33,235 nucleotides of DNA from a virus: the IMG/VR virus record IMGVR_UViG_3300036770_004485. The stretch is one strand, 5' to 3'. A model generated the notes under the pieces. That model searched no databases. It was not told the DNA's origin and saw only the letters and a list, made by a program, of their open reading frames with translations. The translations under genes were made by a program, and so were the position numbers. This document shows positions 1 through 11,587 of this stretch, piece after piece (within the stretch, counting starts at the first letter, position 1; every line of letters starts with the position of its first letter).

Positions 1-3000
1 AGAAATAGATCCTAAACCATCTCCACTCAAAGTTGCCGTAGCGTTTGCTCTCATTGTTGAACCAAACCCAACAGGATTTGCTACTATGACTGAAGGAGCA
101 ATTGTATATCCAATTCCAGGATATGTAATTGATATTGAAGAAATTGTTCCTAGTCCAGATACTATTGCTGTTGCACTAGCACCAACAAAATCTCTCTGAT
201 CATAAATCTCTATAATCTGTTTGCTATCATCAATAGACTCATTGTACGAGTCAAATAAAGGTATAACATTTTGCACCCAAATTTCGGTTGATCCAAGTCC
301 TACTGATTTTATAATAGTGCTGTTAGGTATGATATTTGCTTCATATAAAATACGATCTTTTGTAACTATGTTTCCATCAATAATAAGATCTTCTTGTTGT
401 TTGCACCAAGTCATTGGTCTTTGAATTGTACCATCAGTGGTCAGACCAGCATTAGTATATGGAGATGTTGTAAAATTGTCAGCAGTCAAAATTCCTACAA
501 CGCTTCTTTCACTTTGATCAAAATTAGATCTATAGAAATTACCATTTCCAATTCTAACTTTATCTCCAACTTTAATTGTTTCAAGAATATCTCTTGAAAT
601 AACATCAACATTTCCTGTTCCCTTATAGAATAAGATTGAACAAGTATCACCAACTTTCGGAGCTTCAGAAAAAGTGATATTTGAACCACCAGGGAATATA
701 TATGATTTACCAGGTTCTTGTAACACATTGTTCAAAAATACAATGATTGTTTGCTCTACATCAATAAGAGAACCTTTTTTTGCTCTGATAGTAAATTGTT
801 TGTTTTCTTTTTTCAAGACAAAAACTTTTTGAACACCATCAAATTGAGTATCAAGATTATCTAAAACATCTAGATCACCAAATCTCCAAGCAGTAAACTT
901 ATCAAACGATACCGTGTTCACAAACAATCTAAAGTCGCTAAATCCCGCACCAACTGTCGGATCTGTAGGTATGCCTGTCAATCCTCCAGAAGGAATTGTT
1001 AGTGTTTCACCTGCTCTATATCCATAACCAGAATTTGTCACCTCAAAATTCAGTACACTTGAACCAGAAGAAACCTGAATGTCAACAATTGCATTCGTTC
1101 CTAGTCCAGCGCCAGTAGAACTTGGATGATAAATTAGAGGAATATTTGAATATGGAATCGGAGCATCAATTACAACAATTGGAGGATTTGTAAATGTGTA
1201 TCCAATACCAGGATTAGTTACACTAACCCCAACAATGTGACCATTTGAAATAGACGCAGTTCCTATGGAAACTATATCTACAGCATCAAGATCTGCGGTT
1301 CTAACACCAACATTTACTGTTATTTGTTGTACCACCCCATTCAAAGTTGAGATACCAGATCTATATCCAGAACCACTATTTCCAATACTGACAGAAATAA
1401 TAGTACCAAATCCAGATATAATCGCTGTTCCTCCAGCTTGAACCAGTGGTTGATAACCAAATCCTTGAGATGATCCAAGAGATGCTAAAACTCCTCCAAC
1501 AGGAACAGTTCCTGTTCTTACGTCGTTTCTAACAGAGGCACCATATCCACTAAAAACGATTGAAGTTATACCAACATTTTCTACTAAGGCAAAATCATTT
1601 ATTCGTGAACTTTGAGATGGTATTTGTGCAATGTCATTTATCAGAATCAAGGCATGTGAAGTACTGAATCCAGATACATTATTTCCCTCTTGCTTTAGAG
1701 TAAATGTTTTTCCAACACCAGTAAGGTCTGGAGAAATAGAATCAAAAATATAATTGGTTGCATACGTATGTGTTGAAGCACCAACTACTCCATTCCTAAT
1801 GAAAACTCTTCCTTGGAATGTAGAACTTGTTTGTAATCCGGTCCAATATATTTCATCGGGATCATTAACATTTACAATCGGTTGTGTGCCATTTGGAGCA
1901 GTGTAAAAATTAATCGTATTATCAATAATATTATAAGAACCTTCATATTTTTCAACTACTGCTCCAGATGGATGAGTTGAAAATCCTGTACCCATCCAAC
2001 CTCTTTGTACAACAAAAACATTTGTACTACCAAATCCAACTTGTTTTATTGTCACGAACTCATCTTCCACTTTGAGAAGATCGCCACCATAGAATGATGT
2101 AATTCCAGACAATCTCATCAATTCACCACCAAAACTCATTTCCTCTATTAGAGTATGAGTAATATTTGCAGGAATTACTGGATCTTGAATGTTGTTATCT
2201 AGTGCTACTATGCATTTTGAATTTTGGTCTTGAGATATAAATGAGTGTGATGTGCCTATGCCAACGCTGGTTAGATTTAGATAATTGCCAATATTTGATA
2301 CTAATGAGTCTTGAGCAGAAGCTGCGACTCTTATTGACTTGTCATCAACCTTAATTGCATAAACATATTCTGGCAGTTTATCAGTAGATCCATAACCAGA
2401 TATAGTAGTAGTTCCAATACCAATTGAAGATGTGCTGCCAGTTCCTAAAGGAACATATCGCAGTCTTTCTCCAGAAGTAAAGAAGTGATTTGGAATGTAT
2501 ATTAAATTTTCTGTAACATCAACAATTGTCGGACTTGACGCATCGAAAGATTTAGCAAAAATTGGATCACCACCATGAAATAGACCGAATGCTCTGAGAA
2601 CGTCTGATTGAGTTCCAGTGTAAGTTCCTTCTACAGATTCTATAGAACTATCATTCAAACTAACCAAGGTAATTTCATCAACACCACCTTTTGTATGAGC
2701 AGCAGTATTCAAAAATGTTTTAACTATTGTTCTTGTAGATGCTGGGGGTGTGTAAACAATGTTTCTCAAACTACTTCCACTGATAACACCAAATGTGCCT
2801 ATTCCACTGTGAACGTTGTCACTATCATCATCAACGGATCCAAATAAAGTTTGATAGGAAAGTGTGCCTGTATCTGCCAAATAGAGAGATTCAAAAAATT
2901 CATATCTATTGTTAGTTACATCATAAACTTGAATAATTCCATAAGCAGCATCTTCATCTGGATGAACCCCAAAACTTGCTATTGTAGTAATTCCTGGGGA

Positions 3001-6000
3001 TGATGATGCTGGGATATCAGTATATCGTGCTATCAAATCTCCATTTGTCAAATTAGTTGTATCGACTCCTACCGTTGAAACTCCAGCATGAAACTTTGTA
3101 ACGAGCATGTGGAAAGTTAACGCAGATCCAACGGTAGAGATGCCGGTAGGAGTAAAGTTGAGATAAAGTACATTACTAGAAATATTCGCTCCAAAAGTAC
3201 CTATTGAAGGTCCAGGAATTGTTGTTAAATCATTATCAGTAATATGTCCATACTCTACTCCATACACGTTACTATTGTTATGAACTAAATTCATATTCAG
3301 AACTTCATGTCTATTGCCATGTTCAACTTCTATTATCAGTTTTGCAGATTCATAATTTGTTGTAGAGAATCCAAGTATGTTTACTGCGGTCGTTATTCCA
3401 GAAGGAATAGTTGTTCCTCTAGATTCAACACTGACAATATCCCCAACTGTATGAACACCTACTAAAGTAGCGATACCAACAGATGAATGTGGTGATCTAT
3501 CAATGTTATAAACCAAACCATGAATATCATAATCATTGAATTCATATTTTTCTGGATAGAATAATAATTGACCTTCACTACCAATTTGTTGATAATCAAA
3601 ATAACCATTGAGTTGAGTTTGCACATCACCATATTCTTGAACGAAACCATTTCCTTGGTTATCAATCAAAAGTTCAACGATCGCCATTTGTCTTTCATCA
3701 ACAAATTGGGTATCATTTGCCATTATCAAATATTTTCTAAATCTAGAACCTACTAGTGGAAATCTATCAATAACAGAATATCTTTCTGCTCTAGGAGTAT
3801 TATTAAAAGAGTTGCTTATATCATCAATACTCAAAACTCTATTACCAACTGATTCTTCATAATCTGTGATAGGTACATTTCTGAGCAAAATTTCATCAGA
3901 GAATGTTATTCCACTAATTTCTTTGGATTTTTCTGAAACCAAATCAAAATCAAATACACAATACGTTTCAACTTCCGAAATCAAATCTATAATTGATTCA
4001 ACATCATTACTGTTTATTTGTGGAGTAATATCAAACTCAGGATTAGATTCAATCGTAAGATCAGAGAACTTTTTAAATCCTGAAGTGTGATTCAAAGAAG
4101 AAACAACATCATTCCAGGTATCGTATGCAATTTTTGATTTAAGTGAATATGAGAAATATTGATAATAATCACTATCAATTAGTCGTTGTTCATTGACACT
4201 CAATTTGCCAGAGTCTTTTCTCCAACCTTTCACAACTAATGGAGATGCATCAATGTTGAAATAAGAATCTACGTTTATTTTTGATACAATTGTAGCAAGA
4301 GATCCAGATCCTTTACCTCTGACTTTATCTCCAACAGCAAATTCTTTTTTACTGTTTACTTTTAATATTTTATTTGTTTTGTCCCAACTCGAAACAACTC
4401 CTTCGACAGATTCAGATCCAGAAATAGTTACAAGTTCTTCACCAACAGAAAAATCATTTTTTATTAGTTTAGGATCAAATACTGGAAAGCTTGAATATGG
4501 AATCATTCTTCCATATGATTTGGTGGTTGAATACGTACCTGGATCACTGACATTAGAATGAAGTTTATATGTTGCAGATCCTATTCCACCAATGTTTGCA
4601 TTTACTGAAGTTAACTCAAAGAATGTATAATTATAATCACTTGAATTGTATCCAGAACCTTCCGATGCAATACCAATATTTTCCACAAATACTCTATCAC
4701 CAGCAGAAAATGGAAAAGAGTTTTGTGTTGAAAAACCTACAGAAAATTGTACCGTAACTTCTTTTGTAATTGTATTAAATCCAACCGTGCTTATACCAAC
4801 TCCGTTAGAATTATTTACTGTAATAATGGTTGGTTTTGTATCAGACAAAGATTTTGTATTTCTTGTAACATCAACTCTGGTAATAGTTCCATTTTTTATT
4901 TTAGGAACTAAGGTAACATCTTGAATTACAGTATTTGTAATAGGATCAAGAACAACAAGATTTGGTGGAACCAAAAAGTCTCTTCCTCCAGTTATAATTC
5001 CAACAGATTCAAAAGAATTCAATGATTCTACTTCTAAAATTTCTGGAGCATTAGCAATAATTTTGAATGTTGGATCCGATGGATAATTATACCCCGTGTC
5101 TCTAGTGGAAATCTTGGTAACTCTACCCATATTTCCAGACAATCTAACAATTCCATTGATTCCATTTTGTGTTGATATGGAATTAATCCCTGGTAGTGAT
5201 AGATATCCAGATCCAGATCTTTTTACCTCTACAGATTCTATAGGACCAGCAGCGGTAATAGAGTCAGTAACATAATAAAAAGTACCATCAGAACTTGCGT
5301 ATGATACTGATTCTGGATTTTGATTCAAAAGATATCTAAATGTGGTTGATCCAATTCCCGTTGGATATTGAACAGCATTATAAACGCTGGGAATTACATC
5401 AATCGTATTTGCAAATGATTGCTCTTCATCAATAAAAATTTCTGACTTTGATGATGGTATTACATCAATATTTACTGGGGTAAATTTATAATAAAGTTTT
5501 GGAGGAGTCAGATCATTTGTAGATATATTTACAGCAGCTGGATCTGTTGTTCCTACTGTGCCAATGGCAACAACTTCAAACTGCTTATTTGTTTTCGAAC
5601 TTATGTACTCTTCCCTAAAGGAGTTATCTTTATAAAATTCAAGTTTAAACGCTGGATACGTAGTTCCAACTGAAGTTGCAGATAAGGATCTATCCGTCAC
5701 CGCAAAAGAAACAAGATTTCCGCGATATACATTTACATGTGGGTTTACTTTTGAAATAAAATGTTCTCCACTGCCGATACTTGATATTCTTATTGGAGTT
5801 GGATTTGGTGAATATGAGAATATTTTTTGATTAGACAACTTAATATTGTTAGAGTCAATAACAATGACATAATACATCTCATTATTAACTAATCCATTTG
5901 GAGCAGATCCATTAGTGGTAAATATAATTTTTTGGGATTGCTCTAAACCATGATTTGAAATATTGATAGTATTAGTTACAGTGTTGATTCCAGATGGTTC

Positions 6001-9000
6001 GAATTTTTTTCTATCAAAAACAATTCTTCTATTGAAATCATTATATTGAACAAAAACTCTCTGCTCTTTATTTGGTTTAGAAATAATTGCAATTTGATCT
6101 TTGAAAGTTAATCCATGATTTTCGCTTGTAGTCAATATTGATTCATACACTGCTGCGTTGGCAGTAATAGAGTTTGTTTGTAGTGTTAAACTATGTGTTA
6201 CTCCACTACCAACAGAGACAAACAATAGTTTTGTTGATGTTGAACCTAAACCAACATAAGTTCCAGTAGAACCTATACCAATTTTAGTTGTGCTTAGTCC
6301 AACCAAATTTTCTGATTCTTTTATTGCATAAACTTTTGATTGATTTTCAAGATCAAATTCATTTATACCATTCCAAACTCTAAGGGACGATCCCCCTCCA
6401 TTTGAATAAACTAACTCATCTCCAGTTTCAAAACTATGATTGGAGATCAAAATAGAACCCAAAGGAACAATTTTTGAAGTAAATGCAATTCCAGATTCAT
6501 ATTGATTATTTTGTAGAAGATTTGGAGGAGCAATGTTATTCAATGGATGATATGAAATCGTTGTTCCAATTCCAACACTTGTTGCAGTCCCAAGAGCAAC
6601 AACTTCTGAAGGATTAAAATATCTTTGTAGTTTTGGTGGATTTGAAGTAAAAGTTGAAAAACCTACTGGAAAACTGAAAGTACTTTGATATTCTAGTACA
6701 AGAGTTCTAAAACTATATGAAGTCCCTACAGTGCCATCATAATTTCTTTGAACTCGAACTAATTGATTTTGCGGATCAATGTTTAGAACTTTTAATTTTT
6801 CTAAGTTTTCTGCACTAAGTCCAATTCCAATAATAGTATTTTCTCTAAAATAGAGAGGGTCGTATGAACCAATCAAACTAATTGTAGTTGTTAAACCAGT
6901 TGTAGATGGAGATTCAAGATTATCCCCCAAATACCATGATCTTTGAGGATTACTAATTATTTTATTGCCATTTAAGTTTGAATAACTATGTGTTGATAAA
7001 CCAGATATTATAATACTGTTTTTATTTTCAAAATGATGTGGTGATGTGCAATAACCTATTGCTAAACCACCGCTTACATATAATTCAAGATTTTCTGTTG
7101 ATATAGTTGATGATGCCAAAGATACAATATTTTTTCCACGAACAGATTTAATTTGAGCAGTGGTTGATCTTCCATAAAGAGGAGAACCCTCAATAACTAA
7201 ACGATCTCCTGGTTTATAACTAGATCCAGCAGATACTACATTAAATCCGGTAACAGATCCTTTTGAAGTTGATGTTATTTCCGTAACTTGCCTTGGATCT
7301 GCAGTGGAATCATTAATGTATTCACTGTATCCGAAATTTCTACTTGTTTTTGTTGGTCGGGTATTTCTAAAAAGTAAGTCATAGTTATAATCAACCTGAT
7401 TGATATTTCTGTCAAAGTTAAATGAATCTGGTTTTCCTTTGAAAGAATCCCCGATTACATAAGGAAACTGTGGTAATTTATAATTTTTGAATGCTCCAGA
7501 TCCTTCAGATGGTCCAGAATTTATCGTGGTATAATACGCATATGTGCCAAAAGGATAATCTGGAGTTTTTGCAAATCTTCCATTTTTTTCGTCTAAATCA
7601 CCATTACCAGCGAATACATAATCTTCAATAAAATACCCGTTTGAGAATCCAGGAGGTCTTTCAGAACTAGGAATTAGGTCATATCCAGATCTAATTTCAC
7701 GAACAGATCCTCCTCTAGGAGTATCATATGCAAATGGACCATAAATTGGATGTCCATCAAAAGCCCAACCAATAATTGGAGAGTGATATTCTGAAGATAC
7801 CTCAACATTGTTGATTTTTCTTAAATCAACAGAATCTGCTCCATATTTTGTTTCTCCATCTTCACTCTTTGCATATATCAGTTCTCTAAGTGCTCTAGGA
7901 GCAGTCATTGCAGCATAACTACCGCGAGAATACTGATTTTTACTCTCTGTTAGGATTCCATCATCAACACTAAGATTATTTTTATATCTCTCAAAATTAT
8001 TAATAGTCCATTTACGAATTTTTGCTCTTGCCTTTGCTCCTTGACCAGTTGGAATAACATCGATAAAGGTAGTGAAAGTAGTAAATCCACTACCTCCATC
8101 ATTAATTTGTATCGATGTAATAGATCCATTGTGAACAATTGGAGTCAATGATGCATTTGAACCAGAACCAGAAATTTTCAACTCTGGTTGTGCTACATAT
8201 CCAGATCCACCATTGATAACAAAAACTTCTTTAATTTGTCCACTTGATATGATTGGTTTTAGTTGAGCTCCAGAACCACTATCAAATAAAATTAGAGGTT
8301 GTCTTTCAAAATTAATTACATCGGAACACCCATATCCGACTCCAGTTTTTTCTAGGTTTATTTTTTGAACATACCCTCTAAATTTTGGTTTTACTGTTGG
8401 TTGGAATATTAAATTATTTGTGGTTTCAATTCCAACATTACCACTAATTTGAACAACAATTGGAGGATAGTTGAATATGTGAGTTCCTCCAACTCCGACA
8501 TTCTTGAAATCAACAAAAATTTGATTTTTATAGTTATAATCAGAAATTGTTGTTCCAATTCCTGCTGCAGATAGTTTGAAATTACTATCATCTAGTTTAT
8601 AGACATAATATTGCTGATCGGTGGTCAACCCAGAAATCGACACACCTTCATATTTGTATTCTATTAGATCTCCACTGGAAAAACCATGATTATTATAAGT
8701 AATTTGATTTTTGCTAGAACTAATACCAGATGAAGAAATTCTAATAGGATTATTAGTGTAACCAAATCCTTTATCAGATATTGTTATTGATGATAATACA
8801 TTTTTTAATTCAACGGTTGTAAAGTATTGATTTCCTTGTCCAAAATCAGTGATATTAATTGTGTTTATTCCAGATAAAGCATCAGATTTTCTGGTGTGTA
8901 ATTTTATCTGACTCAATCCTATTGTTGACACATAATATACTGAATTATCTACTAAGTTAGCATCTCTGATAACAGAAGATTGATGCGTCCCAATTCCGAT

Positions 9001-11586
9001 TGGAGTTTGCGAATTTGAACTGTAAACAATCGCGTCACCATTTCTAAATCTATGATATGTGGAAAATCCAATGGTATTTGTAGACGTTGAAATAAATCCT
9101 GACCCTACACTTGTATTTGTAAAGGCAATAAGTTTTTCTTTTCTAGTATTTGCTTTAGCTACTGCTCCAAAACCATTTCCACCAGTTATGGTGATGATAG
9201 GATTTGTGACAAAATCCGATCCCCCATCTAAAACTTCAATTGCTTCTAACTGCCCAACAACCGTCGCCGTTGCGGTTGCACCAGATCCAACAGAATCCTG
9301 TATAATTATCTTTGGAGGATTGATTACGTCATAATTACTTCCACCCGCAGTTACATCAATATTAGTAATGCTGCCGTAATAACAAAAATCTTGAGACTTA
9401 TAACTTAAGATATCTACACCGTTAATAAAAACTCCAACTATTCCTGGAGAAACTTCATGATACTTTGAAGTTTCTGTAATTTCAAATGGAATTTTTCTAA
9501 TGCCATAAGAAGAATCTAAAGAATTTTCATATGACTTTATTGGATAAATTTGCTGAAAACTAGCAATACCAGATACATTTACAAATTTATTTTCAAATAA
9601 CTCCGATCTTGAAGGAGACAATTTAATATTATCGGGGTCAACTGATTTTACAAAATAAGTTCCTTCTCTAAGATCACCTAAAGTTCTTTCTGTCGTAATT
9701 GCTATCGGTTCTCCATATCCTCCAACTAATTCAACAAATTTATCTGGAATATAATAAACTTCATCTCCAGTTATGAAACTATGATTTGGAGCAGGGATGG
9801 TATCGCCAGAAATTACAATTCCATTTCCAGTCCCACCATCACTTATATTTACGACTCCGGTTCTGACATTGATTGGATCTCTGTATGATGGAAGTGAATG
9901 AGAAGTAATGTAAACTGAGTCATTGACATCATAAAACGATTTGACAACGTTAGCAGGAAGTTCTGAAACAGTATTATTTTGAGAATATACTTTTGTCAAT
10001 ATTCTCTTAACATTTCCTTTGTTAAGTGGGTTGAACCCATTCAAACCAGATACGTCAAAGGAATAATCTGAAATAATTTTATTAACAATACCAGTAGTAA
10101 CATATCCATTTGGACTAATTGTTTTTATTGTATCCCCGACGTTTAGAGTATGCTTTTCGTAAGTTTCTAATTGAAAAAGAGAAATAATATTTGGATTTTG
10201 TCCTAATTGGTTAGAACTTAATATTCTTGCATTTTTGATAACAAATGTTGAAGATTCATTAGATATGAGGGAATCTGTAATAACATTATCTTTATCATAT
10301 CCAAGAGACTGTAATCGTATGATATCATTTTTTACAAAGTATGGCGTATCAATATCTGTAGCTTTTATAGTATAATCACCAATACTTCCTTTGATTCTAA
10401 AAGAAATTTCATTTCCTTCAGAATCGTATCCATATGAAAGATTATTTTGGAATACTTCTTGGGTATCACTAATTTGATCTAATATTCCGTTTACATTCAA
10501 AAATTGAGATATATTTTTTGACGAATAAGTAACTATTCCAACACTTCCATTGGAATATGTTACATACAATTCACCAGTTTTTGCAAATCCAATTGTCGAT
10601 TCTACATTTATAAATGTAGAACCAGATGAAACATTATCAATTACTTTAGTTTGAGGATCAACTACAAACTTTCCATACAAAGAACCATATGTTACAATAT
10701 CTTTATCTTCGTTGTAATCAACGTTGATTCGATAAAACTCTTTTCCATCTCTTTTGATATTTTCTACATCGACAACAGATCCATAGGCAATAATATTGCC
10801 ATTTGAATTTTCTTGATATATTGTTTTTGTGGATAAATCTCCTATATTACCAATAATTGGTTCAACATTCAATTGCAAAACTCTTTGGTATCCTGCATCA
10901 GATGGAGTAAAAAGATTTTCTTGTGGTTTTAGTACCTTTACTCTTTCATCATATAATGCATTGAAAAGAATTTCAAAAGAATTTTCTGTTCCTTTAGATG
11001 TATAAAAATCTTTTGACTGCCTAATAAAATTGGCAACATTAAGTTTTTTATTCAGTTCTCTGTCTTCAAATCCGGGCAAAAATTGAGTTTTTAATTTTTT
11101 GAAGAATTCTTTCAAAAATAACGAGGAGAGATTTATTACTTTAGTCTCATTTATATGATCATCTGCTAGAGATGATTCAAATATCAACTCATCTGGACCA
11201 TTCAATCCCCTATAACTTGTAATCCCACTAAAACCTCTAATGCATCCAGTAAAAGAAGTGTTTGTTTTTCCAGTGTAAGAAATAATTTCATTATCAATTT
11301 TTAGCAAACCATATGAATCTGGCCAACCATTAGTGGATAAAACATTAACAGTAATGTCTGTAGAGTTTGCGTCAGAAGTAAGAGTTGTATAATCAACAAT
11401 AGAAGTATATGTGCCAACTTTTACATATTGATCTATGTTATCAAGTATGTCTATTGATCCACCTTGATACTCTGTTGATTTGTAATATGTTTTTAGAAAA
11501 TCTCCTAATCTTTGATTTTCTGAGTTGACAAAATCTGGCAGTTGCTGCTCGATTACTGTTTGGATTTTTACTCTTTTTTCTAACAT
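1..11586 (-). CDS. Giant baseplate wedge initiator / gp7-like structural protein (3' end outside window, >=3862 aa)
   Basis: ATG at 11586 (MLEKRVKIQTVIEQQLPDFV...), 1 nt after the gp6 stop. The same frame still reads sensibly at positions 60-1 (STMRANATATLSGDGLGSIS). The ORF track lists no terminated ORF in this frame, implying no internal stop. Contains FYTSKGTE.SF.ILF motif, many NH.F..GD...Y repeats and G/S/T/I-rich beta repeats. Follows the gp25-gp6-gp7 order of cyanomyoviruses. Confidence 0.88.
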   Translation of the reverse strand, partial: MLEKRVKIQTVIEQQLPDFVNSENQRLGDFLKTYYKSTEYQGGSIDILDNIDQYVKVGTYTSIVDYTTLTSDANSTDITVNVLSTNGWPDSYGLLKIDNEIISYTGKTNTSFTGCIRGFSGITSYRGLNGPDELIFESSLADDHINETKVINLSSLFLKEFFKKLKTQFLPGFEDRELNKKLNVANFIRQSKDFYTSKGTENSFEILFNALYDERVKVLKPQENLFTPSDAGYQRVLQLNVEPIIGNIGDLSTKTIYQENSNGNIIAYGSVVDVENIKRDGKEFYRINVDYNEDKDIVTYGSLYGKFVVDPQTKVIDNVSSGSTFINVESTIGFAKTGELYVTYSNGSVGIVTYSSKNISQFLNVNGILDQISDTQEVFQNNLSYGYDSEGNEISFRIKGSIGDYTIKATDIDTPYFVKNDIIRLQSLGYDKDNVITDSLISNESSTFVIKNARILSSNQLGQNPNIISLFQLETYEKHTLNVGDTIKTISPNGYVTTGIVNKIISDYSFDVSGLNGFNPLNKGNVKRILTKVYSQNNTVSELPANVVKSFYDVNDSVYITSHSLPSYRDPINVRTGVVNISDGGTGNGIVISGDTIPAPNHSFITGDEVYYIPDKFVELVGGYGEPIAITTERTLGDLREGTYFVKSVDPDNIKLSPSRSELFENKFVNVSGIASFQQIYPIKSYENSLDSSYGIRKIPFEITETSKYHEVSPGIVGVFINGVDILSYKSQDFCYYGSITNIDVTAGGSNYDVINPPKIIIQDSVGSGATATATVVGQLEAIEVLDGGSDFVTNPIITITGGNGFGAVAKANTRKEKLIAFTNTSVGSGFISTSTNTIGFSTYHRFRNGDAIVYSSNSQTPIGIGTHQSSVIRDANLVDNSVYYVSTIGLSQIKLHTRKSDALSGINTINITDFGQGNQYFTTVELKNVLSSITISDKGFGYTNNPIRISSSGISSSKNQITYNNHGFSSGDLIEYKYEGVSISGLTTDQQYYVYKLDDSNFKLSAAGIGTTISDYNYKNQIFVDFKNVGVGGTHIFNYPPIVVQISGNVGIETTNNLIFQPTVKPKFRGYVQKINLEKTGVGYGCSDVINFERQPLILFDSGSGAQLKPIISSGQIKEVFVINGGSGYVAQPELKISGSGSNASLTPIVHNGSITSIQINDGGSGFTTFTTFIDVIPTGQGAKARAKIRKWTINNFERYKNNLSVDDGILTESKNQYSRGSYAAMTAPRALRELIYAKSEDGETKYGADSVDLRKINNVEVSSEYHSPIIGWAFDGHPIYGPFAYDTPRGGSVREIRSGYDLIPSSERPPGFSNGYFIEDYVFAGNGDLDEKNGRFAKTPDYPFGTYAYYTTINSGPSEGSGAFKNYKLPQFPYVIGDSFKGKPDSFNFDRNINQVDYNYDLLFRNTRPTKTSRNFGYSEYINDSTADPRQVTEITSTSKGSVTGFNVVSAGSSYKPGDRLVIEGSPLYGRSTTAQIKSVRGKNIVSLASSTISTENLELYVSGGLAIGYCTSPHHFENKNSIIISGLSTHSYSNLNGNKIISNPQRSWYLGDNLESPSTTGLTTTISLIGSYDPLYFRENTIIGIGLSAENLEKLKVLNIDPQNQLVRVQRNYDGTVGTSYSFRTLVLEYQSTFSFPVGFSTFTSNPPKLQRYFNPSEVVALGTATSVGIGTTISYHPLNNIAPPNLLQNNQYESGIAFTSKIVPLGSILISNHSFETGDELVYSNGGGSSLRVWNGINEFDLENQSKVYAIKESENLVGLSTTKIGIGSTGTYVGLGSTSTKLLFVSVGSGVTHSLTLQTNSITANAAVYESILTTSENHGLTFKDQIAIISKPNKEQRVFVQYNDFNRRIVFDRKKFEPSGINTVTNTINISNHGLEQSQKIIFTTNGSAPNGLVNNEMYYVIVIDSNNIKLSNQKIFSYSPNPTPIRISSIGSGEHFISKVNPHVNVYRGNLVSFAVTDRSLSATSVGTTYPAFKLEFYKDNSFREEYISSKTNKQFEVVAIGTVGTTDPAAVNISTNDLTPPKLYYKFTPVNIDVIPSSKSEIFIDEEQSFANTIDVIPSVYNAVQYPTGIGSTTFRYLLNQNPESVSYASSDGTFYYVTDSITAAGPIESVEVKRSGSGYLSLPGINSISTQNGINGIVRLSGNMGRVTKISTRDTGYNYPSDPTFKIIANAPEILEVESLNSFESVGIITGGRDFLVPPNLVVLDPITNTVIQDVTLVPKIKNGTITRVDVTRNTKSLSDTKPTIITVNNSNGVGISTVGFNTITKEVTVQFSVGFSTQNSFPFSAGDRVFVENIGIASEGSGYNSSDYNYTFFELTSVNANIGGIGSATYKLHSNVSDPGTYSTTKSYGRMIPYSSFPVFDPKLIKNDFSVGEELVTISGSESVEGVVSSWDKTNKILKVNSKKEFAVGDKVRGKGSGSLATIVSKINVDSYFNIDASPLVVKGWRKDSGKLSVNEQRLIDSDYYQYFSYSLKSKIAYDTWNDVVSSLNHTSGFKKFSDLTIESNPEFDITPQINSNDVESIIDLISEVETYCVFDFDLVSEKSKEISGITFSDEILLRNVPITDYEESVGNRVLSIDDISNSFNNTPRAERYSVIDRFPLVGSRFRKYLIMANDTQFVDERQMAIVELLIDNQGNGFVQEYGDVQTQLNGYFDYQQIGSEGQLLFYPEKYEFNDYDIHGLVYNIDRSPHSSVGIATLVGVHTVGDIVSVESRGTTIPSGITTAVNILGFSTTNYESAKLIIEVEHGNRHEVLNMNLVHNNSNVYGVEYGHITDNDLTTIPGPSIGTFGANISSNVLYLNFTPTGISTVGSALTFHMLVTKFHAGVSTVGVDTTNLTNGDLIARYTDIPASSSPGITTIASFGVHPDEDAAYGIIQVYDVTNNRYEFFESLYLADTGTLSYQTLFGSVDDDSDNVHSGIGTFGVISGSSLRNIVYTPPASTRTIVKTFLNTAAHTKGGVDEITLVSLNDSSIESVEGTYTGTQSDVLRAFGLFHGGDPIFAKSFDASSPTIVDVTENLIYIPNHFFTSGERLRYVPLGTGSTSSIGIGTTTISGYGSTDKLPEYVYAIKVDDKSIRVAASAQDSLVSNIGNYLNLTSVGIGTSHSFISQDQNSKCIVALDNNIQDPVIPANITHTLIEEMSFGGELMRLSGITSFYGGDLLKVEDEFVTIKQVGFGSTNVFVVQRGWMGTGFSTHPSGAVVEKYEGSYNIIDNTINFYTAPNGTQPIVNVNDPDEIYWTGLQTSSTFQGRVFIRNGVVGASTHTYATNYIFDSISPDLTGVGKTFTLKQEGNNVSGFSTSHALILINDIAQIPSQSSRINDFALVENVGITSIVFSGYGASVRNDVRTGTVPVGGVLASLGSSQGFGYQPLVQAGGTAIISGFGTIISVSIGNSGSGYRSGISTLNGVVQQITVNVGVRTADLDAVDIVSIGTASISNGHIVGVSVTNPGIGYTFTNPPIVVIDAPIPYSNIPLIYHPSSTGAGLGTNAIVDIQVSSGSSVLNFEVTNSGYGYRAGETLTIPSGGLTGIPTDPTVGAGFSDFRLFVNTVSFDKFTAWRFGDLDVLDNLDTQFDGVQKVFVLKKENKQFTIRAKKGSLIDVEQTIIVFLNNVLQEPGKSYIFPGGSNITFSEAPKVGDTCSILFYKGTGNVDVISRDILETIKVGDKVRIGNGNFYRSNFDQSERSVVGILTADNFTTSPYTNAGLTTDGTIQRPMTWCKQQEDLIIDGNIVTKDRILYEANIIPNSTIIKSVGLGSTEIWVQNVIPLFDSYNESIDDSKQIIEIYDQRDFVGASATAIVSGLGTISSISITYPGIGYTIAPSVIVANPVGFGSTMRANATATLSGDGLGSIS

Positions 11587-11587
11587 T

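Noticed and set aside
4679-4687. Single TTTTCCACA 9-mer
   Set aside because: Isolated, inside an AT-rich coding sequence; compatible with chance.
221-9334. Short ORFs on both strands in the left third
   Set aside because: All are nested in or antisense to the giant gp7-like frame.
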